From a virus (lineage: Duplodnaviria > Caudoviricetes): a stretch of 47,631 bases of DNA. The stretch spans positions 1 to 47,631 of the IMG/VR virus record IMGVR_UViG_3300033489_000015. One strand, given 5' to 3'. This document shows, piece after piece, positions 1-8,569 of this stretch; the first letter of the stretch is position 1, and each line of letters begins with the position of its first letter. The notes below the pieces were generated by a model that saw only the letters and a program-made list of their open reading frames with translations, was not told where the DNA came from and made no database searches. The position numbers were made by a program, and so were the translations under genes.

Positions 1-127
1 CGTTCAAGGCGGGAGGGACTCTGGACGACGCCTTTTTTGAGGCGCACGTGGCGGGCAATACGTGTTATATCCAGAGCGGATCATACACCGGCGTCAACGC
101 CGTTGATCTTGCTTCGGCAGGGACGGC
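1..127. repeat. Terminal direct repeat, copy 1 (circularisation overlap)
   Basis: 1-127 (cgttcaaggc...gcagggacggc) is identical to 47505-47631. 127 bp is a common assembler k-mer length, and a gene reads through the junction. Confidence 0.95.
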
Positions 128-992
128 GGCATTGCCCAAGACCTACATCGGCTATATCACTACCAGAACAACCGTCCCAACGGGCACGGACAGGCCCTTG
201 ATCTCCAGCGGAAACGTGAATCAACGGTATTATGCGAGTTACATCAACTGGAAGTACCTGCGATGGGAAACGCTCGGCGTCGGGGTCTATCTCGGCTATT
301 CCAGTTATGCCTATCAGTGTTCCTTCAAGAACACATCGGGAACAGCCAGCCGCATCGCCGTTGGTCTAAATGGTCGGTCCACCTTGATTGAATGCGAAGC
401 GGCATGTACGAATGGTTATGGGGTTTTTGCCCTAAACAACAGTCAAATTGTCCACTGCTACATACACGACTCGGTCACGGGCATTAATATCAATTCCACC
501 AACGCCATGTTTAGCAGCATTATTGGATGCGTCATAGACAAGTGTACGACCGGCATTTATATAGACACGTACTACGGCTCAATCCTGTATTGCACCCTGT
601 ATAGCGGAACGACCGGGATCTCATTTACGAACACTGGATACGGCGGCTGGCTTGTTATCGACAACGTCGTTACCGCTTTCACAACGGGAGCAACAAGCGT
701 TAATTCCTACTTGTGCCACATCATCACCAACAACTGTTGGAACAACACGGGCAACGATATCGTCAATCTGCCGGACGACGACAACGGGGTGTTCGAAGAC
801 CCCCTGCTGACCGCGCCCGAAACACATGACTTCACATTGCAGACCGCGAGCCCGTGCGCAAACGTAGGAACGGCATGTGAAAGCAATGTGGGCGTGACGG
901 GAGATTACTCCGTGAACATAGGCGCACAGATGGGCGGCCTTGGAGCAGGCGGCATCAAGATTCCCCGTGGTATGCGTGGAGGATTCAACTAA
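1..992 (+). CDS. Beta-helix tailspike/fibre paralog 2, 3' part (full gene joins 47156..47504 and 1..992; 446 aa)
   Basis: In frame with the ATG at 47156 across the junction. Pectin-lyase-like repeats (IVHCYIHDSVTGI, IIGCVIDKCTTGI) and DFTLQTASPC; collinear with 45806..47155. Confidence 0.75.
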   Translation, partial: FKAGGTLDDAFFEAHVAGNTCYIQSGSYTGVNAVDLASAGTAALPKTYIGYITTRTTVPTGTDRPLISSGNVNQRYYASYINWKYLRWETLGVGVYLGYSSYAYQCSFKNTSGTASRIAVGLNGRSTLIECEAACTNGYGVFALNNSQIVHCYIHDSVTGININSTNAMFSSIIGCVIDKCTTGIYIDTYYGSILYCTLYSGTTGISFTNTGYGGWLVIDNVVTAFTTGATSVNSYLCHIITNNCWNNTGNDIVNLPDDDNGVFEDPLLTAPETHDFTLQTASPCANVGTACESNVGVTGDYSVNIGAQMGGLGAGGIKIPRGMRGGFN

Positions 993-2215
993 TGATTGTC
1001 GTACCTCCTGGTTCAACAAACGTCTCAATCGAGGTTTTCATTCAGGACTCGACCTCCACAAGCGGGGCGGGCCTGACTGGACTCGTGTTCAATTCTGCGG
1101 GCCTGACCTGTTACTACAGCAGGCCCGGAGCCGCAGCGGTCTCTATCCCGCTCGTTACGCAGACCGTGGCAGGGGCACATACGGACGGAGGATTCGTGGC
1201 CGTCAGTGCCGCGAACAAACCTGGCGTCTACCGCCTGGACGTCCCCGATTTGATGGTAGCAGCCGGAGTCAATTCGGCCTACGTGTTTCTGCAAGGGGCT
1301 GCGAACATGGTCCCTTGCCCGGAGACGATTCTACTGACCACCAACTGGCAGACGAACGTGGTCCAGTGGGCCGGACACGCCGTTACCGCCGACCTCGAAT
1401 CGGACATTGCCACGATCGTGTCGGATATCGCCGGGGTAGGCGGCGGCGGGGGCGCAGCCTGCGTCTACAACGCCAGCGACATTGCCTCGATGCTTTCTAA
1501 TCAGGTCGTGATGATGTCCGACTTGGCCGTCATCCAGTCGGATATCGGTGCGGCTGGCGTCGTCACGGTCTACGCGGCCTGGGATGCGACATCCCTGACG
1601 ATCTGTAATCAAGCCCTCGCCCTGCTGGGCGAGAAGGAAACACTCGTCACAGACCTGGACAATCCCACGAACAAGCCGGAACGCCTCTGTGCCCTGTTCT
1701 ACCACAACGCACGCAGGGAGATGCTCAGGTACGCCGACTGGCGGGTGGCCCGCAAGGTGGACGACCTGGTCGTGATTTCAGGGGACCCGGAACTTGAGGA
1801 CCGATGGGAGTACAAGTACACCGTCCCGACGGACCTCTTGAAGCCCCTGCGAGTGACGGACACCGCCGACTACAGTAGATCGGGTTATCCCTACGAGATG
1901 ATGACCCAAAGCGACGGCACGCACGTGCTCCTGACCAATATCGAGGACGCCTATCTGGTCTACACCTTTGACCTGACGACGGCCACGACCTTCACGGAGG
2001 ACATGATTACCGTCCTGATGTATATGCTGGCCATCAAACTGGCCCGGGCCATCGTGGGGGCCAAGGCGGGAACCATCGTCCAGGAACTCAGGCAACAACT
2101 GCGTGAGGAAATCGGTCCCCAGGCCAAGGCGGCTGACGGGGCCAGTACATACGTCGAGAACAGGTTCGGCACGACCTCGTGGGCCGACGTCGTAATAAGT
2201 AGGCCCATTTTGTAG
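992..2215 (+). CDS. Tail tubular protein A (T7 gp11-like) with an N-terminal adaptor domain and short Ser-Asp heptad linker
   Basis: C-terminal half SLTICNQALALLGE...ERLCALFYHNARREMLRYADWRVA...WEYKYTVPTDLLK is typical of tubular protein A. The first ~115 aa are homologous to the N-terminus of 2804..3808. Confidence 0.75.
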   Translation: MIVVPPGSTNVSIEVFIQDSTSTSGAGLTGLVFNSAGLTCYYSRPGAAAVSIPLVTQTVAGAHTDGGFVAVSAANKPGVYRLDVPDLMVAAGVNSAYVFLQGAANMVPCPETILLTTNWQTNVVQWAGHAVTADLESDIATIVSDIAGVGGGGGAACVYNASDIASMLSNQVVMMSDLAVIQSDIGAAGVVTVYAAWDATSLTICNQALALLGEKETLVTDLDNPTNKPERLCALFYHNARREMLRYADWRVARKVDDLVVISGDPELEDRWEYKYTVPTDLLKPLRVTDTADYSRSGYPYEMMTQSDGTHVLLTNIEDAYLVYTFDLTTATTFTEDMITVLMYMLAIKLARAIVGAKAGTIVQELRQQLREEIGPQAKAADGASTYVENRFGTTSWADVVISRPIL

Positions 2216-2224
2216 GAGACTGAC

Positions 2225-2590
2225 ATGGCAAACACGATCAAGGAAAGACGAGGCGATCCGACCCATCCGGTCGTCCGATGCGATTGCACGCAGATGGTTT
2301 GGGCGGCTGCCGAGTCGGGGGCTGTGGATGTGACCGTTAATGTCAATGCGATTTGGAGACAGGCCGTCGTCGAGGTCTCGAATACCGACAACGCCGTGAC
2401 GGTTACGCTGGCCCTGTTGGACCAGGATGGTTGCTCTCGAAGCAGTACGGCGGCCATCGTTAGAAATGCCTCCACACTGGTCAGTCTGACCGGCCTGTGG
2501 ATCGACGAGGCAATGACCGTTCGAGTAACTCCGTCGGGGGTCCCGGGTGCATCGGGACTGACCGTGACGGTGCATCTCTATGGTGAATAA
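2225..2590 (+). CDS. Hypothetical beta-rich protein, probably virion structural
   Basis: AGGAG RBS; Val/Thr-rich; lies within the tail operon. Confidence 0.6.
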   Translation: MANTIKERRGDPTHPVVRCDCTQMVWAAAESGAVDVTVNVNAIWRQAVVEVSNTDNAVTVTLALLDQDGCSRSSTAAIVRNASTLVSLTGLWIDEAMTVRVTPSGVPGASGLTVTVHLYGE

Positions 2591-2610
2591 CCCTTTTTGA
2601 AAGGAAACAC

Positions 2611-2802
2611 ATGGATCTTTTGACATCTCTGACCACGGCCATTGACGGCAAGAAAACCGATCTGACGGCCCTTGTGACCACTGTCCTGGGCGTCCTTCAG
2701 GCGACTGGAACGGTTGCCATCCCGGCGACAGTTTGGCCGATTCTGTTGGGTCTCGGCCTGATGTTTCTCAGGTCGGCTGTACGCAAGAACACCGGAAAGT
2801 GA
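2611..2802 (+). CDS. Small two-TM membrane protein, holin candidate
   Basis: 63 aa; DGKKT followed by two hydrophobic segments and a basic C-terminus; GAAAGGA RBS. Confidence 0.55.
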   Translation: MDLLTSLTTAIDGKKTDLTALVTTVLGVLQATGTVAIPATVWPILLGLGLMFLRSAVRKNTGK

Positions 2803-2803
2803 C

Positions 2804-3808
2804 ATGATCGAGGTTAATCCCGGCCAGACTGATGTATCCACCGCCGTCTTCATTCAGGATTCTACCGCGACGGACGGGGCCGGTCTGACCGGATTGACCA
2901 AGGCCACGGCGGGCCTGACCTGCTACTACTACCGGCCAGGCAGTAGTGCGACGGCCGTGGCCTTGTCGGACATCTTCGCCAGTGATGCACACATGGACGG
3001 GGGCCTGGCCGAGGTGGACGCCACGAACATGCCGGGCGTCTATCGCCTGGATCTGCCTGACGCCGTGGCTGCCGCCGGTGTTCCGGTGGCCTATCTCTAC
3101 CTCCAGGGGGCTGCGGACATGGTCCCCTGCCCGGAGACGATCGTCCTCCGCAAGACGGACAAGGCGTCCTCGGACATAGACGTTGTCCAGTCGGATATGC
3201 TGATCTTCAAGAACAAGATTGTGTCAGATGTCGTTCTGGCGAGATCCGACGCCGTCACCGTTCAATCCGACCTGGCCCTCACAAAGACCCAGCTTGGCTC
3301 CGATATGACTGTTGTGAAATCGGACGCTACGGTCTTCAAGGGGTCCCTGGCCTCCGATCTGGTGCTTGGCCGGTCGGATACGGTCGTGGTTCAATCGGAC
3401 CTCTTGGCGACCCAAAACAAGATCGTATCGGACGGTGCTCTGATCCGTTCCGATGTTGTGACAGTTCAATCCGATCTCGACTATGTTGTTCCGACGTCCC
3501 TCACTTCGGACCTGACCGTCCTTCACTCTGATCTGGCCTATGACGCCGGGCGAATCATCAGCGACGCCGAGACCACGCAGTCCGACGTGGCCCTCATCGA
3601 CACAGGGGCCATCGGCAGCGACGTCATCGTCATCCAATCCGACATGGCCCTTTGGGGGGCCAAGGTCGTCTCTGACCTTGTTTTGGGCCGCTCCGAAACG
3701 GTCGTGGTCCAGTCTGATCTTGCGTACGACTTCGGCAGTATGTTTCAGCAGAACGTGACAACCAGGCACACAGTCACCACGCCCAGGATATTGGGGGCTA
3801 GCGTCTAA
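2804..3808 (+). CDS. Putative fibre/adaptor protein: shared N-terminal domain plus Ser-Asp heptad/hendecad coiled coil
   Basis: N-terminus FIQDSTATDGAGLTGL...GVYRLDLPD...MVPCPETI matches 992..2215; then SD repeats at 7- and 11-residue spacing. Confidence 0.65.
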   Translation: MIEVNPGQTDVSTAVFIQDSTATDGAGLTGLTKATAGLTCYYYRPGSSATAVALSDIFASDAHMDGGLAEVDATNMPGVYRLDLPDAVAAAGVPVAYLYLQGAADMVPCPETIVLRKTDKASSDIDVVQSDMLIFKNKIVSDVVLARSDAVTVQSDLALTKTQLGSDMTVVKSDATVFKGSLASDLVLGRSDTVVVQSDLLATQNKIVSDGALIRSDVVTVQSDLDYVVPTSLTSDLTVLHSDLAYDAGRIISDAETTQSDVALIDTGAIGSDVIVIQSDMALWGAKVVSDLVLGRSETVVVQSDLAYDFGSMFQQNVTTRHTVTTPRILGASV

Positions 3809-6351
3809 TGTCTGAATTTGTCTATAACAATTTCAGTGGTGGGGAGATATCACCCAGGATGATGGGCCGGTTCGACCTGCCGATCTACTACGCCGGGGCC
3901 AAGCAGATTCAGAACATGGTCGTCCTGCCCACGGGCGGACTCGTCAAGGCCCCAGGCACGGACTACATCGCCGACCAGGCCAGTGCAAATTATTCCTCAC
4001 GCCTCCAGCCATTCATCTACGCCCGCACGCAGGCGTACATTCTTGAGTTCGGCCACCAGACCATGCGGGTATTCAAAGACGACGGCACCCAGGTGATGAG
4101 CGGTCTATCTCCCTACGCCCTGGTTACGCCCTATAGCTATGACGACCTGTTCGACCTGGTCTTTGTTCCGTCCTGGAATGAACTCTGGATTTACCATCCC
4201 GACTACAAGACCCGCGTTCTGACTCGGACCGCGCACGACGCCTGGACGATCACGGCGGCGGGGTTCACCAATGGTCCGTTCCTGCCGGAGAACACCGGGA
4301 CGACTACAATCACCCCCTCGGCGACCACAGGCAACATCAACCTCGTGGCCTCTGCGGCCATCTTTGACACCTTGCACATCGGCTCTTTGTGGCAGATCAC
4401 GCATCCGGTCAGCGAGATTGAGATCTCCGGCACGGCGGAGGATCTGGCGGGCACGGCATACGACGGCAACATGACCCGCAAAGGTACGTGGGACTTCACC
4501 GTATCGGGCACATGGTACGGAACCTTCAAGATCCAGAAGAAATATACCGGGGCCTCCACATACACAGACGTGCGCGTCTACAAGAGAGCCACCACAAAAT
4601 CTTCGATTGTTGAAAATGACAACGGGAAGGAAGAGGAAGATGGAGTAACGTATCGTCTCGCCATGACGGACATCGTTGGGTCGCTGAAATACACCTTCCG
4701 GTTCAATTCTTCATGGCAGGATGGGACTGTTTCGATTACGGCGGTCAGCGACAGTACCCACGCCGTCGGCACGGTCGTCAATACCCTCGGCGGGACGGAC
4801 GCCACACAATACTGGTCCGAGGCGGCCTGGTCGGACTACCGGGGCTGGCCCTCGGCGGGCTGTTCCTTCGAGCAGCGGGCCTGGTTCGGCTCGACATACT
4901 ACCTGCCAAACCACGTCTGGGCAGGAAAATCCTTCGCCGCCCTGGGCACGTTCACGAACATGCAGATCGGCGATGATGATGACGACGCCCTGTCCTTCGC
5001 CATCACGACCGCAGAAGCAAACGGTATTCAGTGGATGGTCCCGATGGAGTTCATGCTGGTTGGGACTTTGGGGGAGACATACAAAGTGACCTCCGGCTCT
5101 GAAAACGAGGCCATTACCCCAACAAGACCCCCTTGTCCCCGGCCCCAGGCGGCTCAGGGTTCCTCGCCCTTGCAGGCCCTCAAGATAGCGAACCGTGTCC
5201 TCTATGTCGCCCGCGACAGCCAGGCCCTCTATGAGCTGGCCTACGATCAAAGATCTAATATCTACGAGGCCGAGGAGCTATCCAAGTACGCCGACCACAT
5301 CCTCAAGTCGTCACACGTCGTTCAGTGGGCCTTTCAGCAGCGGCCCTATCCGATCGTCTGGATGGTCCTGAATGACGGCACGATCGCCGGCCTGACCTAC
5401 AGCCGGGTCACTGAGACGATTGCATGGTGGACCCGGACGACCGAGGGATACTTCGAGTCCGTGGCGGTCCTGCCGACAGCCGACGAGGAGGACGAGGTCT
5501 GGTTCACTGTTCGACGGATCATCAACGGATCTACCGTCCGGTTCGTTGAGCGAATGGCCAAGTTCAACTACGGCACAGAGCAGCGGGACTGCAATTTCGT
5601 GGACTCGGCCTACACCTGGGACGGCGGGGCGGCGGTCGCGGTGACCGGCGTTGCCAAGGCCAGCGGCACGGGCCGATTGACCGTTACCGCCAGCTCGCAT
5701 GGATTCAGCGACGGTGACAATGTCCGGTTCGCAGCCATCGTGGGCATGACGGAACTCAACGGCAATACCTACACGGTGTCTGACGGCACGGCCCACACAT
5801 TCAAACTCAAGAACGCGGGTGGTACGGCCTACATCAACGGGACGGCCTATCATTCGTACACGTCCGGGGGCACGGTCGAGCAGGTCGAGAACACCTTCAC
5901 GATAGCCCGACTCAACGGCGAGGTTGTAGCCATAGGCAGGGACGGGATTGCCCACGACCAGATGACTGTGACGACCAACACCATCACCCTTTCGGGTGGA
6001 CTCTACGGCAACACGGTCAGAATCGGCCTGCCCTATACTTCGACCGTCCAGTGTGTTCGGCCCCAGGTGGGGACGACCAGTGGGTACATCTGGACCTCAA
6101 CCAAGAAGGTATCGCGGTACGCCCTCCTCGTGGACCAGAGCGCGGGCGGGCAAGTAGGCCCCGACGCCACCAACCTCGCCGACATCAAGTATGACGAGTT
6201 CGGCGAAACCGGCGACCTCTACACCGGACTGACCCCCACCATTCCCTTTGAGGGCGGGTACGACCAAAGTGGCATGGTCTACATCAAACACGAGGACGCC
6301 GTGCCACACACCCTGCTGGCCGTGGCCTTTGAGTTAGAGAGAGGCGAATAG
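3808..6351 (+). CDS. Tail tubular protein B / nozzle (T7 gp12-like) with an E1-FCCH-like insert
   Basis: 847 aa; NFSGGEISPRMMGRFDL start, GWPSAGCSFEQRAWFG, WAFQQRPYPIVWMVLNDG, IGLPYTS; insert HGFSDGDNVRFAAIVGMTELNG. Confidence 0.85.
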   Translation: MSEFVYNNFSGGEISPRMMGRFDLPIYYAGAKQIQNMVVLPTGGLVKAPGTDYIADQASANYSSRLQPFIYARTQAYILEFGHQTMRVFKDDGTQVMSGLSPYALVTPYSYDDLFDLVFVPSWNELWIYHPDYKTRVLTRTAHDAWTITAAGFTNGPFLPENTGTTTITPSATTGNINLVASAAIFDTLHIGSLWQITHPVSEIEISGTAEDLAGTAYDGNMTRKGTWDFTVSGTWYGTFKIQKKYTGASTYTDVRVYKRATTKSSIVENDNGKEEEDGVTYRLAMTDIVGSLKYTFRFNSSWQDGTVSITAVSDSTHAVGTVVNTLGGTDATQYWSEAAWSDYRGWPSAGCSFEQRAWFGSTYYLPNHVWAGKSFAALGTFTNMQIGDDDDDALSFAITTAEANGIQWMVPMEFMLVGTLGETYKVTSGSENEAITPTRPPCPRPQAAQGSSPLQALKIANRVLYVARDSQALYELAYDQRSNIYEAEELSKYADHILKSSHVVQWAFQQRPYPIVWMVLNDGTIAGLTYSRVTETIAWWTRTTEGYFESVAVLPTADEEDEVWFTVRRIINGSTVRFVERMAKFNYGTEQRDCNFVDSAYTWDGGAAVAVTGVAKASGTGRLTVTASSHGFSDGDNVRFAAIVGMTELNGNTYTVSDGTAHTFKLKNAGGTAYINGTAYHSYTSGGTVEQVENTFTIARLNGEVVAIGRDGIAHDQMTVTTNTITLSGGLYGNTVRIGLPYTSTVQCVRPQVGTTSGYIWTSTKKVSRYALLVDQSAGGQVGPDATNLADIKYDEFGETGDLYTGLTPTIPFEGGYDQSGMVYIKHEDAVPHTLLAVAFELERGE

Positions 6352-6353
6352 AT

Positions 6354-6887
6354 ATGGCTGGATACAACTTTCAGACGATGAGTTCGCCTCCAACGACCGG
6401 CCCGTCTCTCGGTACAGTCGCCACGTGGGGGGCCGCCGGGGCCAATCTCGTGGGCGGCGTCTTCAATTACCAGTCTGCCATGGCGCAGGTCGGCCAGTAC
6501 AAGCTCCAAGCCAAGGCGTACAAGGAGGAGGCTGACCTGATTCGGGCCAACGGCCTTTGGACGGCGACGTATATCCGCAGTGAGGGGGACAAACTCAAAG
6601 GCACTCAACTGGCAACCTACGCCAAGGCGGGCGTTACTCTGGAAGGCACGCCCCTGGACGTTCTGTCCGAGACGGCCCGGCAGGTCGAACTCGATGCCCT
6701 CATGGCCAAATATCAGTCTCAGATCCAGGAACGCAAGGCCCTCCAGAACGCAGAGATGGCCTCGAGCGCGGCAAGCGCCCAGAAGAAGGCCGGGCAGCTG
6801 GGCCTGTTCGGAAAAATCGCAGGCTCCGCAGTTGGTTTTGCGGCGGCTGGCCCAGTAGGCGCCTTGGTGGGCGGGAGTCTCTTCTAA
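6354..6887 (+). CDS. Small internal virion (ejection) protein
   Basis: Ala/Gly-rich ends, GTQLATYAKAGVTLEGTPLDVL motif, position immediately after tubular B. Confidence 0.7.
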   Translation: MAGYNFQTMSSPPTTGPSLGTVATWGAAGANLVGGVFNYQSAMAQVGQYKLQAKAYKEEADLIRANGLWTATYIRSEGDKLKGTQLATYAKAGVTLEGTPLDVLSETARQVELDALMAKYQSQIQERKALQNAEMASSAASAQKKAGQLGLFGKIAGSAVGFAAAGPVGALVGGSLF

Positions 6888-8569
6888 TGGCAATCGTACC
6901 GACATCACGACAGCGAGTAGGACCTCCGGCCTCATCGGGCGGCGGACTGGCCATGTACCCGGTCGGGCAGGAATACAAAGCCGCAGGTCAGGTCTTCAGT
7001 GCGGGGGCCGACTTCTTGTCCAAGATCGCCAAGGCCGAGGACCTGGGGAACTTGGCGGACTCGATAAGTAAATCCCAAGAAACTATCATCAATGCTCTAT
7101 ACGAACTCCAAACCGAGATGGACCCGGAAAAGCGGGCCTTCGGGTTCGACGAGGCCGTGGACTCAGTCCAGCAGAACAGGCCCGACGACTACTTCATGGG
7201 CAAGGAGTTCGACCGGCAGATCAGTGTTTTCAAGCCGGGTTGGCGGTATCATTTCAACAGCCTTGACGCCCAGATGAAAATCCAGGCGGCTAAGGGCAAA
7301 TTCCAGGGCCTTATCTCAGAAGCCCTAACGATTCCAGACGCGGCGAACTCTCAGGCCGAATATGATGCTGCCGGAAGGATGGGGTGGGCGGCCGGCCTTT
7401 TCAAGAGCCAAGAGGACTATAATCAGTATCTAAAAGACTTTGAGTCTGCCAGAACGATCTTTAATGCCGAAAGTTCTTACGACAAGCTCACTAAGGATTT
7501 CAAGGCATACCTCGACGGCGGCGCTATTAAATCAGACCTGCCTGACGCCATGTCGGACAAACTGGACGCCATCATAACGGACCTAGTTGCCACCCCAAGA
7601 GATTTGTCCGATGAACAGGAGGCGAAACGGGACAGCCTGGTCAGTGACGCCAAGAGTCTTCGGGCGGGCATGGCCAATAAGATCAAGGCCGCAGCCGAGG
7701 CCAGAGAGGACGCCGTATCCAGAGACTTGATGGGAAAGATGGTTCAAGACAAAGTCATCGAGCCCCGTCCTTACACGAATGCCTATATCGCCGGACTCAT
7801 ATCCCTTGAAAGGCGAAATCAGTTTGATGCGATCTACAAGAGCGGCTTTGCCGAAAAGACTGATCCTGCGGCCAATTATGAAATCGATGTGGCAATCAAC
7901 TCTCTTCTTATTGGCAGAGACGGGGTATCTCGCAAGAATGTGGCAGACCTCGTTCATAAGAATGCTGCTGAACACAAGATCAGCAAAGACGATACGGCGA
8001 AGGCGTTTGCAAGACTGGCGGCAGATCCCGACGCCGTCGGGGCCAGGAACATGAGAAGCGCGGGGCGCGTTCTGGGAGACATCATGTTCGCTGGCAAGAG
8101 TGGGGCCTTTTCATTTTCCCCAGACGGAAGTATAGCCTTTGGGGGATCTGCCACCAAAGAAGACAAGCGCGCCTATTACGCCGCATACGAAACTCTGAAT
8201 GGGGAGCATCAAAAGAGCATCGAGCTCGACAAGCAAATGACCGAAAGCGATCTCTGGAAACGGGCGGTCGAACTTGCCCTGGAGGCGAGCAAGCAATCCC
8301 CCAGTAACGTGGAAAAATTTGAGGCCATTGAAAAGAACAGACCCGCTCCAAAACCATCACTGTGGCGGTCTATTATTGGCGGAGGACCTTCTGAGGTCAA
8401 GAAAACGGGCACTTCGGGCACGCCCAAGAAACTGGACCCCCTTATATTCAAAGACTACCTCACGAAAGAACTCAACGGCAAACGATGGACGCCTCTGTCG
8501 GTGGCCGACAAGGCGCTGTACCGCCAAAAGGCATTGGATAAAGCTAAGGCAGACGGGTACGAAGAATGA
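6887..8569 (+). CDS. Putative internal virion/ejection protein (helical)
   Basis: 560 aa, alpha-helical composition, overlapping stop/start, syntenic with podovirus ejection genes. Confidence 0.55.
   Translation: MAIVPTSRQRVGPPASSGGGLAMYPVGQEYKAAGQVFSAGADFLSKIAKAEDLGNLADSISKSQETIINALYELQTEMDPEKRAFGFDEAVDSVQQNRPDDYFMGKEFDRQISVFKPGWRYHFNSLDAQMKIQAAKGKFQGLISEALTIPDAANSQAEYDAAGRMGWAAGLFKSQEDYNQYLKDFESARTIFNAESSYDKLTKDFKAYLDGGAIKSDLPDAMSDKLDAIITDLVATPRDLSDEQEAKRDSLVSDAKSLRAGMANKIKAAAEAREDAVSRDLMGKMVQDKVIEPRPYTNAYIAGLISLERRNQFDAIYKSGFAEKTDPAANYEIDVAINSLLIGRDGVSRKNVADLVHKNAAEHKISKDDTAKAFARLAADPDAVGARNMRSAGRVLGDIMFAGKSGAFSFSPDGSIAFGGSATKEDKRAYYAAYETLNGEHQKSIELDKQMTESDLWKRAVELALEASKQSPSNVEKFEAIEKNRPAPKPSLWRSIIGGGPSEVKKTGTSGTPKKLDPLIFKDYLTKELNGKRWTPLSVADKALYRQKALDKAKADGYEE

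Noticed and set aside
1-127. Biological terminal repeat of the virion DNA
   Set aside because: The length equals a common assembly k-mer and it falls mid-gene; best explained as a circularisation overlap.
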